From positions 11,428,156 through 11,468,935 of the forward strand of contig NC_068992.1 of the NCBI RefSeq assembly GCF_001194135.2: a stretch of 40,780 bases of DNA, given 5' to 3'. Shown here in pieces: positions 10,760 through 24,020 of this stretch. The stretch is from Octopus bimaculoides. Its lineage: Eukaryota. Each line of letters opens with the position of its first letter. Position 1 is the stretch's first letter. The position numbers were made by a program, and so were the translations under genes. The notes under the pieces were generated by a model, which saw only the letters and a list, made by a program, of their open reading frames with translations, ran no database searches and was not told the origin of the DNA.

Positions 10760-11170
10760 ACAGTCTTCATCAGCTTTTGCTTGTGGCTGGCAACCTATTA
10801 TCAAAACACAGTCGTTCACACTACAATATATTTCATTGAGGCCACAATAATAAATACATAGCTGCTGTAAACAGTGTGCGCATGTTGTCAGTTATATATT
10901 ATAATGACGATCATAAAGTGGTGAGATCTTTCTCTGCGTGGGAGTTCCAGTGACTCCTGATCATAACTTTATGATGTTCAGACACGGTTGCTTTTGTAAA
11001 AATCTGTTGCATAATTATTGCCAAGAAGAATTTAAATGCATTAACAAAATTATTGCATATACCACTTCAATTGATGTCAATACTATTCATTTCCTGATGA
11101 TGTAGAACATAGATGATGTGGATGAGAACTACAAATATATCATTAACAATATTGACATAAAAAAAAACAA
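10760..11170 (+). mobile_element. Possible very old RTE LINE endonuclease/linker remnant
   Basis: Weak motifs in plausible order: QLLLVAGNLLSKH, YISLRPQ, RSFSAWE..PDHNFMM (cf. SDHNLV), IDDVDENYKYI. Confidence 0.25.
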
Positions 11171-12956
11171 ACAAAATCAAATACATGTGTTCATTATTAG
11201 GACATTTCTCTTGGCTATTGGCTAGTGGTCATTTAAGTGCATTACTGTTTTCGTGGGTGGAAAAAGTCATTGAGTAAATTTTCATAGAACACTTATTTAA
11301 TATTTTACATAGTTTTTACTTATATCAAACAAAAGTACCATTAATTATGATGGCAATTGTTTACAGACTTCACTTGGTGTCTTAAACAATGCAATCACAC
11401 TTACAGCATTTAAAAATACTTTTTCTTGAGACATGGAACAAAAAAAAAAAGGAAAATATGAAATTAAATATGAAAATACAATGAAAATATATTTGGACAA
11501 TACCCAATGTAGTAAACTGGTTGCGAGGTTAACAAGTTCATTTTGCAACCATATAGTTTCATGTTTGATTACAGTGTGTGTGACACATTGGGAAATTGTC
11601 TTCTACTAAAACTGCAGACTGACTATCACTTTGTGATTGAAATGTTGGTAGAGAGAAACTGTACAGAATCTCACCATCTCTGCAAGAAATTCCTTATTTC
11701 CTCTTAATTCCAAGAGGTTCCATATTGTTTTGGTAATGTTGCATGCAATAGGCAAGTATCTTAAGCCAAGAGAAATTTAAACTTCATCTGTTTATAATTT
11801 GAAACTAGAACTAGGATTTTGTTTTCATGCGACTTTTGATAATTTGAAAATGTTTATCTATAACAGGAACAGTAACCATTACTATCTTTTATTTGTCTTC
11901 TCAGTCTGGGAGTGATTAAGTTCTTCTTAAGTAACAGCAGAAGGATTTCAGTCAGTTTAAATTAACCTCGAAAATTTTGCTCAAGATTTTCCTTAAACAA
12001 TCTCTTCTAGGGATGATGATTTTTGAGTTGATACTTTATACAATATGACAACCCTTATGTTCTTTATTCTAACATTTTATGAGAATAGTATTTCAGATGT
12101 TCAAAGTATTATTTAGAATGAAATAGCTTAACATGATAAAAGAAACTAAAAATAAAAAATAGAAAAAAATATGGCTTTTAGAATCTGGTTATTTTACAAG
12201 TCTGAGATCTCTTAATGGTTACCCAAAAATAACCTTCATCATTTTGTTTTGTTTCACTATCAGCTCCAGCTTCATTACTGATCTAACATTTATTCCTCTT
12301 TTATTGCACACATGAATTGGATATGTAGAACTTTTAACTTAGAAGAATTTTTTTAATTTATTTTCTTACATGTCCTGTGATCTTGAATGGGCCATGCTCA
12401 TTACAAATATACCTACTTCTTTATGTGATATTTTTTTCTAGCTCTACTTCTGTTCCAATTAGTAGATGATATCAATTTCCAATTCAACAGCTAAGTTTAC
12501 TTTGTGACCGTATAACATAAATCTGATGTTGTTTGAAATGAAAAGGGAAGAAGAATTCTATAAAAGTCAAAATAAAAAAGAAAAACACAGAATATTTTAA
12601 ATTCCTGAAAGCTTTTGCATAAGATTTTTATTTCTTAATTGTTTATTTTGTGTTCTATCTCTCCAAATGCCTGTAAAAGTTACAAGAAAAATTTCCATAT
12701 AATGATAGCAAACCATACAATCTCTGTTAACTATTTTATTTCACTGTGATTCTATGGAAACAAACAGGCCAATTTGGTTAGAAAGAGATATATCACAATA
12801 TGTCTGAAGTAAGTGTCAGTTTAACCTAAATGAAATGAGAAAGCTAAAATTTTACAAACATTTCAGAACGTACAACAGCAACTGTTATGAAATAAACCTT
12901 AAATGAAGAGTAAAACTACATCAATATATTTCCTCTGTACTTCCTTTACTAGAGGT

Positions 12957-13092
<136 letters not shown>

Positions 13093-13859
13093 ATCATACT
13101 ACCTACTGAGCTAGGTAATGAACACAACTGTATCAGAATGAAACTACAATTCTAAATAGATCACATAACATACATGCAATTACAAATGTAATTATTGCAC
13201 AAATTACTTGTGAAATTTAAGCATTATTTATAGGCTTCTGGTATTCCATTTGAAAATTGAAATTGTTGGAGATGTACAATGTTTCATGATTCGTACTTCT
13301 ACTCAGGGTCTTCCTTAAATATTTGAAGAATCAAACCTTGCAACTACCTCAGCCAAAAACATGTTTCAACCATGACTTAGAGAAACTTTAAAGACCCAAA
13401 GGGGTTTTGAACCTTTAGCTACACCGATTTTGATTGCATAATGTGCATAATAAAGCTAGAAAGTCATTAAGTTCAAAATACTAGACATATTTCAAAATGG
13501 CTCTCACCAGCTTTAGTTACCCTTTGTTACAAGAGAGAGAAATGGTGAGAGAAAGAGAGAGAAACGGTGAGAGAGAGAGACAGTAGAAGTAGAGTGAGAA
13601 AGAGAGAGTGAGAGATTATATCTAGTACTTTAGCCCTTTAACTGTGAAATTAAATTTCATGGATTAAAATATTCAGAATCAGTAATAAAACCATTAGTAA
13701 TTAAACCACAAATAAAGTACATATAAATGTATATACACACATATATACATTTATGTGTGTGTTATTTCTTGATATATATTGGCATTCTGTCAACTGCACT
13801 GAGGAAATGGAGGAGTTCTTTGTATGGTCATTTGGTGCTAATAAAAATCAGTCAACCAT

Positions 13860-14092
13860 CAGCCAACCATTATCCCTGTGTCCAGGTGTCAGCTTGCCAA
13901 GACTCTTCAGCTGCCTTTATGTTGTACTGCATGCATACAATCAGATCAGCTTTTTGGTTCCAGTCCACTCTTTGATGTCATAATTCCACAAGCATCTTTG
14001 ATACCTCCTTATTTTCTTTACCTCCATACTTCCTCTCAAGATGGGCTTGGACAGCAGCCTGCGGTGCATGGCATGTCCAAAATAATATAAAT
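13860..14092 (-). mobile_element. RTE-clade LINE ORF C-terminal remnant
   Basis: The minus strand gives LYYFGHAMHRRLLSKPILRGSMEVKKIRRYQRCLWNYDIKEWTG (cf. LxYFGHxxR...ILxGxxEGKRxRGRxRxRWxDDIKEWTG). Confidence 0.75.
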
Positions 14093-14109
14093 GGAATACA
14101 TCTGGTTCA

Positions 14110-14275
14110 TATCAGGACAACTACCCCCGAGGACAATTACCCCTTAGTTAATTACCCCCCCTCTCCAATATATTAAGAAGTTTTAAATCATCATCTGTTT
14201 TCTCAGGGATAATTGTCCTTAGTGGGGTGGGGGTGGGGAAGTTATTGTCCATGGGAGTAAATGTCCTAGACTCAA
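14110..14275. mobile_element. MITE-like element with reiterated GGACAA(C/T)TACCCC subrepeats in inverted arrangement
   Basis: Left arm AGGACAACTACCCCCGAGGACAATTACCCC; right arm GGGATAATTGTCCT, GTTATTGTCC and GGGAGTAAATGTCCT. CTGGTTCA flanks both sides (14102-14109 and 14276-14283). Confidence 0.6.
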
Positions 14276-14289
14276 CTGGTTCAAAGTGA

Positions 14290-14505
14290 GGCTCATGGCT
14301 TAGTGGTCAGGGTGTTGGACTCACGAATGTATAATTTTGGTTTCAATTCCTGGACTGGGTGATGCATCGTGTTCTTGAGCAAAACACTTCATTTCACATT
14401 GATCCAGCCAACTCAGTTGGTAAAACGGAGTAATCCCATAAGCGACTGGCATCTCATCCAGAGAGGAATATATATGCCAGGGAAGCCAGAAAACCAGTTT
14501 CTATG
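14290..14505 (+). mobile_element. tRNA-derived SINE
   Basis: A-box TGGCTTAGTGG and B-box-like GGTTTCAATTCC, then GTGTTCTTGAGCAAAACACTTCATTTCACATTG. Same family as 34028, 34926 and 38434. Confidence 0.75.
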
Positions 14506-14709
14506 CTCCTTACAGAGTAATGTGGACCGACCACATCCAGTTTAGAACTGGGAAGGGTATATAACTCAAATGAGAATTATTACATGATATAATAGTATTG
14601 GTATTTAATGTCTATGAAATGTCAATACACATGAACACTCTATATAATATTTTTACTGCGTCCACCACATTTGAACTATATTTTCTCAGCTATATACAGG
14701 GAAAATTCC

Positions 14710-14742
<33 letters not shown>

Positions 14743-15085
14743 TGTATGTATGTATATATATATCTACATATATATAATTATTTAAAGCCTATTCAACTGT
14801 GTGAAGAATTCTCCATGGCTAGCGACAGGCTTTGAACTTCAGATTTGTTTCATTGATAATCCACCGATGCCATAACTCACTCAGTTGTAACTCTTGACAA
14901 TTTCTTATTTTGAGATTTCCATATAAAGAGGAACAAAATGCCTTCATTAATTCTAACACAAGAAATCCTGATATTTTATTTACGTTGATCTAACAATTAA
15001 AAAGGAAAAGACTTTATAAATATAAATACATTCTGTCTGGCCTTACAGCCTTTATATAAAACAGATACTTCTTCTGCAATCAACA

Positions 15086-15116
<31 letters not shown>

Positions 15117-15471
15117 CCTATCTTTCAGTCAGTTTGTCTGTTTGCCTGTCTGTCTCTGTCTCTCTTTCTCTCTCACACACACACATGATATTTATACATA
15201 TGCACACATACATGCATACGTACATACATACGCACATACATATCAAGACAATATGAAGAAGTACATCAGTTCATCAAAAGTTTATTAATCTGAAGAAGAC
15301 TGAAAAGAATACACATTGCCATCTATAACTACTCATTGCTGAAAGAATTTCAAGTGTGTGTGTGTGTGTGTGTGTTTGTGTGGATGTGTTTGTATATGTC
15401 TGTATGTATGACTGCCTGTGAGTGGATGACCAAATTTGCTTGAGTGTGTATGCATGTGTGAGAAAACCAGA

Positions 15472-15518
<47 letters not shown>

Positions 15519-16660
15519 AAGCAATCGACGTAAATATGACTTTATTAAAGAATTCATAAAGAATTACATTTTCAGCATGAAAATACCAAATAAATATATC
15601 TTTTGTTTGAAGCAAAGACAAGATGATCAATAATTCTGGCTAATGAACCTGTTATTTCGACAATTTCAAATGACGAATCAATTAATAGATTGAAAAGAAG
15701 AAAATAAACAAAAAAGGAAAAAAGTGAAAAAAAAAAAATAGAAAATTAAAATTAGAAACTATTCAGGAAAGAAAGAAAATATAACAAACCAAAAACCATA
15801 CATAAAGATCCCTAATGCAGGCTCTTCCACTAATTGCACATCAAATTCAGTAGCAATACTATAATTTTTAGCAGAGTTAATACATTGCATTTTGTATTTT
15901 TATATTTAGCTCCTTTTTATTTTTTTGTCTTTTGGGGTTTTTTTTAAGTTGAGATTTGGGAAATCTAATTATATCTTTGTTAAGTTCTGCTAAGCAAACT
16001 GTGTTGTGTAATTGTCTTTATTTAAACAAAATCTCGAAAACATAAAAATATTATAAAACAAAGAGTCCTCTGTTGTGCTATTTAAATGTCACCGAAGTAT
16101 GAGCCGATGTGTTATAATTTTAATAACAGTGCTCGTTGTTATGTTACTACGTACATTCAAGAAATGAAAGCTGATATATTTATTGAATGAGACTTCTCAT
16201 TTTCAGAAGAGAATTTCGGTCTGATTAATCTTTCAGAATGGCTCTGACAAAAGTAAACAAATAATTTACATTTTGGATCCTTCGGTAGTTTCAATCAGTA
16301 CAAAACTTTCAAAAGATTAGATAAAAAAAAATTCTTTAAATGTGTCCAGTCAATTTTTCACCCTTTTCTGTTGAATGTTAATGCAGAAATAGAAATAAAG
16401 TTAGAAAAATGAAATGCATAATTTAATATCTCTCTATATATGTGTGTGGCTGGGTGTGTGTATATTCATGAATATATATACATAGATATACAATGTAAAG
16501 TGAAGCATAATTTGCTGAAGGATGAAACAGAAGAGAATTTGCTGTTTCAAGTGAAGCCCTTTATCAAAGACAGGGGAAATATAGAGCAAAAAGAATTAAA
16601 GGTAAAAAAGAGAAAAAGTATAATATTAAAAAAAGCTGCCTGTTCATGTGGTGGATCAAT

Positions 16661-16698
<38 letters not shown>

Positions 16699-17404
16699 AA
16701 CAAAAATATTCTATGTTGTTTTCTTTTTTTAAAATATAATTACTGGGGAAAATCTAGCATGANNNNNNNNNNGAAGATATGAGCACCAGGTGGTTCTATT
16801 GCACAATATCCTATATCTCATTGTTTTTGATGTGCTATAAATATATAATTAGCTTTGCATCCAATGGCAATCAACCATATCGCCATATATCTTAGTGGGG
16901 GAGATAATTATGCTTGAAGTTTATTATAATAATCTGCCTGTTACACCAGAAGGAAAAAAAAAAAACTGCACTGACTAAAAGCAGACTTCATTTCTCCATA
17001 CCTTTTATGTATTCTTTTTCTGGTTTTTGCCTTATATTTTTTATATACTTCTTTAGTCCAAGTCTTCTCTGCATCTCTTCCTTCTTTGTTGATAAAATAT
17101 CAATGGTATCTTAACGAACGTATGTTTTAAATAAAACGTTTATAAACGTTTACCTTGAAGTTCTAAATTAATTGTTAGAAGAGGTGTTTGGGTTTTGATA
17201 TTGTCAATTCAGCAATCACAACAGGACTTCTTTGCTTGGAATAGTTGTGCTTAAACAATTGATACGTTGTTTCTGCCATCTTCATTCCATTGCGTTTGTT
17301 TGAAAAGAGATTTGAGCACTTTGTGAACCAGTTTATTTTGGGGTGGGGAGTAGGGGGTGCTGTTGTAAAATAAGCCAAATTCATTTACTCTTTAAGGCTA
17401 AACA

Positions 17405-17660
17405 GCTAAGAACTTCACTTAGCAATCACAAGAACCAGAGTTCATTCCCACTGTGTCTTTTATGATTGCCCTGAGTTGAAGCAAACCTTGTGAATGAAAT
17501 TGTGTGGATGGAAACTGTATGGAAGCCTGTCAGATATATTGAGTCTGTAATTCCAAAGCACAGCCTTATCATACAGTGTCGTCTTGATTCTACTGGGGGA
17601 TTAAGTTAATGGATCTTGTATCTGTGGTAATCCCAGCCACATAAACTAATTCAGTTGATT
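17405..17660 (+). mobile_element. Diverged tRNA-derived SINE related to 3003-3351
   Basis: GAGTTCATTCCCACTG...AAACCTTGTGAATGAAATTGTGTGGATGGAAACTGTATGGAAGCCTGTC. Confidence 0.55.
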
Positions 17661-17982
17661 AAATAACTGAATCTTTATTGCTGAGTGCAGATTAAATCTA
17701 TTTATCATCTTTTTTTATTTTATTATTATATTTCCTTGAGATCACAAATAATGAAACCTGGTGTCATGTGATAAAGAAATGGTGTTTCAATGATTTCTGT
17801 GAATTATTGCATGTTTCCAGCATGTCAACCACCACATGTGTCACTGGTGCTTCATTAAAAACTTCACACAGCCATCATATGCACCACCAGGGGTACATTT
17901 TCATAATTTCAGAAGATATTTTATTCTCTATCTTTGACATGGTTTTGAGGATACTTAAATAACATGGGTGCTAAATACTGAA

Positions 17983-18119
17983 TTCAAATTTTGGCACAAG
18001 GCCAGCAATTTTGGGTAGGGATAAGTCTATTACATCGACCCTAGTACTCAAATGGTATTTATTTTATCAACCCCAGAAGGAAGAAAGGCAAAGTCGGCTT
18101 CAGCAGAATTTGAATTCAA
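17983..18119 (-). mobile_element. SINE with Nin/Deu-like central domain, 5' truncated
   Basis: TTCAAATTTTGGCACAAGGCCAGCAATTTTGGG...ACATCGACCCTAGTACT...GAAAGGCAAAGTCGGCTTCAGCAGAATTTGAA. Confidence 0.75.
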
Positions 18120-19188
18120 ATAAGTGCTAAATATTAAAGTTTAATTATGAAATATTGTGAAAATGCAAAACAATTCCATTTCCTTGTAATTGAACAATAC
18201 GCAGTGTGACTAGAAATATGTGGTATCACTGGTAAGTTCCAGAAGCAGGCAGTGGTGGTCAGCGTGTTAATATGCTCCATGAAACACACTTCCAATAATG
18301 CAGGGAACTATGGGAAAGAACAATGTAATAGAGAATTCAATGCTAACAGTTGAGAGGTCAGCATTTTACTTTACAGTAGGGCATGCACCTATCTCATAGC
18401 AATTATTTACATCTTTATTGACTGGAAACATATCAAGCCACATACTAATCAGTTTGCTAAGATCTTCAAAACATGATTTGATGCAAGAATTTTAAATCTT
18501 TGACTTTTGAATTTACTATGACCCTAAGTAGATTAACTTTGATCTCTTTGACAAAAGTTTGCTTGATGCTATTTATTGAAGTAAGTAAAATCTTTGAGGA
18601 ATTTAATATTATAATAAAGAAAAGATAACAAATTGCATTGAAATAGTTTACAACAATATCTACCACCACCATTATCATTATTATCTCGGCAGTTTTATAC
18701 CAATTATACTAGTTTTATACTAATTTTTTTCATTCTAGATTTTATGAATCTATAATTCATCTCCTTCCTTCAGCATGATTATGCATAAACTCCTTTGACC
18801 AAGTAAACCGAATTCTGTTCTGAATATTACTCAAGCTTTCATTTATTGAACTTTGCCATACGTACCTTTTCAGCAGTAAATATTAAACTTTTCAACCAAA
18901 CATGTGTCACCCATATTAATACTCTGTCCATATTGACTGAGTCATTTTCCCTCTGATATGTTTAATATACAGTCAATATATTTAATATACATTCACTTTC
19001 ATAACTCAAGACCGATATTGTTTTGTAAGCGAACATTCTACACCCATCAAATCGTGTCCTTCTCATTCCACACCAGTTGTTGTAGATCCTCTGTATTTAT
19101 GTCCCATCATAGGAAATATTTTGTAGGTGTACATTAGACATTTACAAAATAATTAATTAAATAAAATTTTATTTATTAAATAATACTG

Positions 19189-19398
19189 GTTTCAAATTCT
19201 GGCACAAGGCCAGTAATTTTCAGAGTGTGTGTGTGTGTGTGTGGGGGGGTTAAGTCGATTACATCAAACCCCAGTACATAACTAGTACTTATTTTATTGA
19301 CTCCAAAAGGAGGAAAGACAAAGATGACCTTGGTGGAATTTGAGACAAAATACCTTTAAGCATTTCGTCCAGCATGCTGAGAATTCTGCAAGCTAGCT
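19189..19398 (-). mobile_element. SINE of the same family as 17983-18119
   Basis: Homologous by eye; carries an internal (GT)n. Confidence 0.75.
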
Positions 19399-20274
19399 GC
19401 GTTTTTTTAATTAGATAATATTAGATTATCTCTAGCAGAACCAATATCTCTCTGCTGTATCTTTAAGGTTTATTCTCTGTGAATCTTTGATGTTATAACC
19501 AGATATATTTTGTCGGTTAACTTACACAACAACCCCTTTGATATCATACCACCTGAGACTTTCCCTAGTTCTATAGAATAGACTTTCAGTTTAAAGTGAT
19601 CTAAATTAAAACATTTCATCCAAATTTCATGTTAATTTATGTTCCAAACACCAAATGAGAAAGTTATTTCAATAAATCTTTTATTATTAGTTTCAAAATT
19701 AATTGAAATAAGACAGTTTCTTTCAACAGAAATATGGCTACAAGAGGTTGATCAGAAGAGCAACCCAAAGGAGGAAAATGACAAGAGAATGAGTAGGATT
19801 CTTGTTTTTCTTGAATTCATAACTCACTAAGGAACATAGCATCCAATTATATATTCAAAGCTGTCATTCACAAGCATCCCTAATCTTCAGCTAAGCCTTA
19901 TGTGCTTGTAGGTTTGTGTGTGTATGTGTGTGTGTGCGTGCACGCATATACATACATACATACACACACACACATATATANNNNNNNNNNNNNNNNNNNN
20001 NNNNNNNGGAAATAGCCCTGAAACTCGAGTCGCCTTTATATATTTATATTTATATTTATATATTTGATCCTTTATATTGAACACTCAATATTTCATCTAC
20101 ATTCAATACTTTATTTCATGGTGCCATCCATTTTTATTTTATTTTATTTTATATTATATATTGTATATTATATTATATATTGTATATTCCATATTCTATA
20201 CCCCACATTGGTTCTGCAGGAATATAAATAAAACATAAAAAACAGACAGTGTTGGAACTCTTTTAAACAAAATA

Positions 20275-20317
<43 letters not shown>

Positions 20318-21364
20318 TATGTATGTATAGATCAGTTGCAGGATTCATTAGAATCTAGGTACATCAACATGTAGGGTGCCTGGATTGGCTGGGTACGTAG
20401 TAGTGAGTTTACACTACAATGAAGGAACTCTTGAGTTGCTCTATCTTGGTAGTATACTGTATATATAAACACACGCATGCATATCTCTCTAACTTTATAA
20501 AGATACGCACGCGCGCGCGCGTGCGTGTGTGTATGTGTGTACATATAATTCAAAAGTGTCACTGATATCTGTGACATTGTGAGCCTGCAGTATTTATCAG
20601 TGAACCACATCATAGTAGATACTTCTGGTGCTTATGAACGAAAATGCTTCAACCTATAGCAACAACTGTAAAATCTAAAACAAAATCAGAACGAAATAAC
20701 TAGAAACAAATTTTAGAATCATTGATTGAAAGGTTGTGTTCCAAACAAATCTGTTTTGCTATTTCTCTTTTACAGTTCTAAATGTCTATTTATCAAAAGA
20801 TATTTAAATAGAACAGATAAACCTTTACTTACTAATGATAAATAACTACTTCTGGCATTTATATTTGTTTTTATGAGATGTACTTTTCGTATAAAAGATC
20901 GATATTCAGATCAGATACACATGAAAATATCTAGCTTTCATGATAAACATGGCTTAGCTTCTTAGTTTACAACTGTCATTGGACATTTTCCTTGTTCGTG
21001 TTATAGGCCATGGGTGCTTCGATGGCGGCTGTAAAACGGAATTATGTATTTTGTGACTTTTAGGGGATAGAAAATATATATTTATTGGAGAGGATATAGA
21101 TACGCTTTTACTTACATCAGAACATCTATATCAAAACCTCTTCAGTTTGTCTTTTTTAATCATTTCTATATCCTTTTTCTCTATATTACCAAGAACTTTC
21201 TAGTTCTCTTTAATGCTGATTAAGCAAAATTACATTGCTGTAATCCCATGATGCATTGCCTCTCTTGTTGCCAAACAATTTAATTACAGTTGTGTAACTG
21301 AAGTTCTTGATTAGCATCCACTTAAGTTATTATGAGTAATCATTCTACTATATTTGATTATTGA

Positions 21365-21555
21365 GCTGTAAACCACTACAGGGTCACTCGATTTACTAGA
21401 AACAACAGTTAAATCTCTCTCAAATTACATCCCAAAATCTTGGGAAAGAAAGGACACATTGAAAAATGTAGTTCTACATATTTTGCTAAAAAGATGGAAA
21501 TGCTATGATGAGAATGACTCTGATTTATGGTTTGTTTAACCAAGGTTGATTGTGG
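21365..21555 (+). repeat. Diverged interspersed repeat, probably a SINE tail; related fragment inverted at about 26425-26525
   Basis: GGGTCACTCGATTTACTAGAAACAACAGTTAAATCTCTCTCAAATTACA...CAAGGTTGATTGTGGGAGTTAAACAGCAG; resembles a common octopus repeat from memory only. Confidence 0.4.
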
Positions 21556-22844
21556 GAGTTAAACAGCAGTAACTGAGTTCTAGCAATCTGCCTTCAATGC
21601 ACGCTCAAACAATTACAGATTATTTTCTTCCTTCTCTGCCAAAAAAGGTATTCATTTTCCATTTGCATTAATTCTTCTAAAATTAATCTGCCCTAATTCG
21701 TGTTATACAAACACTTAATAAAAAGTGACTTCAAAGTTTTATAAGCTATATAGCTTGAATAATCATACCTATATTTACCTACTGTGATGAGTTTTATAAC
21801 CTGTTCTGCATTTGATGTGCTACTGTTATTTTCATTTCCATGCTATGAAATCCAGGAGTAAGTTAATCTAGAAGAACCATTCCTCTTCATTCCATTGTTA
21901 AAGAAACATTCATCAATTTTACAGTCAGTGTTTCTTTAAAATGGACAGCTATGCTACCTTGAGATACATACAAATACACAATCAAATGAAGAAGATGGCC
22001 TTTCAAAATTAATTGTCTTTCTCACAGGAATTAATTGCTTATCCCATGGCTAAAAAGTACAGAAATGCTTGGTTGTATGAGTTGCTTTCATATCTTAAAC
22101 AAATAAACAATAACATTCTTCGACGTATGATGTTATGTTGTTGAATAAAATTTATAACCTAACATCAGAGATTGGTAAGGTAGAACCATGTTCAAGATCA
22201 GATTACAAGTAAAATGAATCATCAACAATTCTTCAGATGCCTCAAGGGGGAAAAGTGTTGATATGACAAAAATTCTAATCTGTTGAGACTGTGAAATAAT
22301 TACAAAACATTTCAACTTTTAGTTGACTTCAACAATAAACTAGCTTTATAAGTAACATTCTAAAAGGAGAAACAATTACCATATCAGAAATTATATTCAT
22401 GCAAGTTCACACATATTCTCATAGTTTGGAATTGCAAAAGCTCAAAGAGAAAATACGAAGAAGAAAACAAGGCAGATAACAAATGGTATTCGTTTGAAAC
22501 TTCAGTTAAGTCTAAAAAGAAGAATTTAATTGCTATAAAATGGGAAAATATACAATAAAAATCAAAACAAAACAAAAAAAGGAAATATTAAAATAAATTT
22601 GAGAAAGAAGATCCTAATTGTATTTGCAATCAGTTTGTTTATCATTGCATGAAATGATTTATACATTTGCTTGTTTCAACATTAAGCTCTTGTCTTTCCC
22701 TTCAACGATCTCATGCTTGCAATGAGGTGCTAGTTTTCTTGTTATTTACTAACTTTTATAAAATATTTATTTTCCCTTTCTCTGTGTTTAATTAGTAAGA
22801 ATTCAATTTCTTGTGTATAGTTAGAATTTTCTAAATGCAAGTAT

Positions 22845-23070
22845 GTGTGCATTTATACACCCCTACATAGGTATGTGTGCATGTGCGTGTGTATGTATGT
22901 GTGTATATGTATGTATACATACATATATATACACACATACACACACACATATATATATATATCTCTATATATATATGTATACATACACATATATACATAT
23001 ATATATTATATATATATTTATACACATGTGTATGTGCATGTGTATGTAGATGTATATATGTATATGTATA
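22845..23070. repeat. Compound (TG)/(TA)/(CA) microsatellite
   Basis: Directly visible. Confidence 0.9.
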
Positions 23071-23619
23071 TCTGTATTTCTTTTAGTGTATGGATGTCCA
23101 AAGAAAAATATTGTAGGTGTTCAAATGAATGCATGTGTATATGCTTGCTGTGTATTTGATTTTAAGATAACTCAAAAGGTGTTTTATCAATGACTTTATC
23201 TAACAAGGAAAACTAAGAAGCAATGTTTTATAGAGATTTAAAACAGTGATTTTAAAATAACTAGGGGAAAAAATGTGCTTCAGAGTCTTTCAGAAACTTC
23301 ATTTCAGAAATATTTTCTTTGAAATCAGAGCATTGTGGCACAACATCAACGAAATCTTTGGTTAGTCTACAACTTTAGAACAAATGAAAGCATGGACGGC
23401 AGATTGAGCAAGAGACTGACTCAAATGAATCTAATCAATGTTGACCAAAGAATATTTATGTCTATAAAGTACTGCAAACCACTAAAACAGAGAACAGGAG
23501 GAAGAAAAGTCAGATTTGAATAGATTCACAGTGGAAATTCTTTCAATGTAGACAAGTAGTACATACCACAGTTCATGGAAATAAGATCACCAGAAGGTGG
23601 TGGGTTCAATTTCCACTCA

Positions 23620-23866
23620 CCATCATCATCATTGTTGTTTAACGTCCGCTTTCCATGCTAGCATGGGTTGGACGATTTGACTGAGGACTGGTGGACCAGG
23701 AGGCGACACCAGGCTCCAATCTGAATTGGCAGAGTTTCTACAGCTGGGTGCCCTTCCTAATGCCAACCACTCCGAGAGTGTAGTGGATGCTTTTACGTGC
23801 CACCAACACGAGGGCCAGTCAGGCGGTACTGGCAACGGCCATGCTCAAAATGGTTGGATCCACGCT
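23620..23866 (-). mobile_element. SINE with RTE-type tail, inverted relative to 1-217
   Basis: The last 55 nt before the tail are identical to the copy at 1-217. Confidence 0.85.
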
Positions 23867-24020
23867 CATAGAAGGCAACATTTTGAAAACAGCTGGAGGA
23901 CACCTAGGTGTCATGACCTAGGTGGGTCTGGTTCCCTTAGAGAGTCAGAACAAACTGAAGCATTTGTTTGATAGGAGTTCTTCCTCTGGAAATTTCTCCT
24001 TCTTTTCTCTTGTCCCAAAG

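Noticed and set aside
10908-10960. 10-bp inverted repeat ATCATAAAGT/ACTTTATGAT
   Set aside because: AT-rich, short, long spacer; expected by chance.
14290-14360. tRNA-like A/B boxes (also 30310-30378 and 38434-38490)
   Set aside because: No full cloverleaf, and each continues into a SINE body; SINE heads rather than tRNA genes.
16440-16739. 99-aa ORF with a Lys/Glu-rich middle
   Set aside because: Starts and ends in microsatellites; A-rich composition explains the open frame.
18866-18952. Minus-strand 87-nt open segment ending AAG|GTACGT
   Set aside because: Acceptor lacks a pyrimidine tract; peptide unrecognised.
20557-20576. Near-palindrome TGTCAC-T-GATATC-T-GTGACA
   Set aside because: Too short and imperfect to exceed chance.
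23335-23600. Possible LINE RT N-terminal remnant (FTVEIL)
   Set aside because: One weak motif only.
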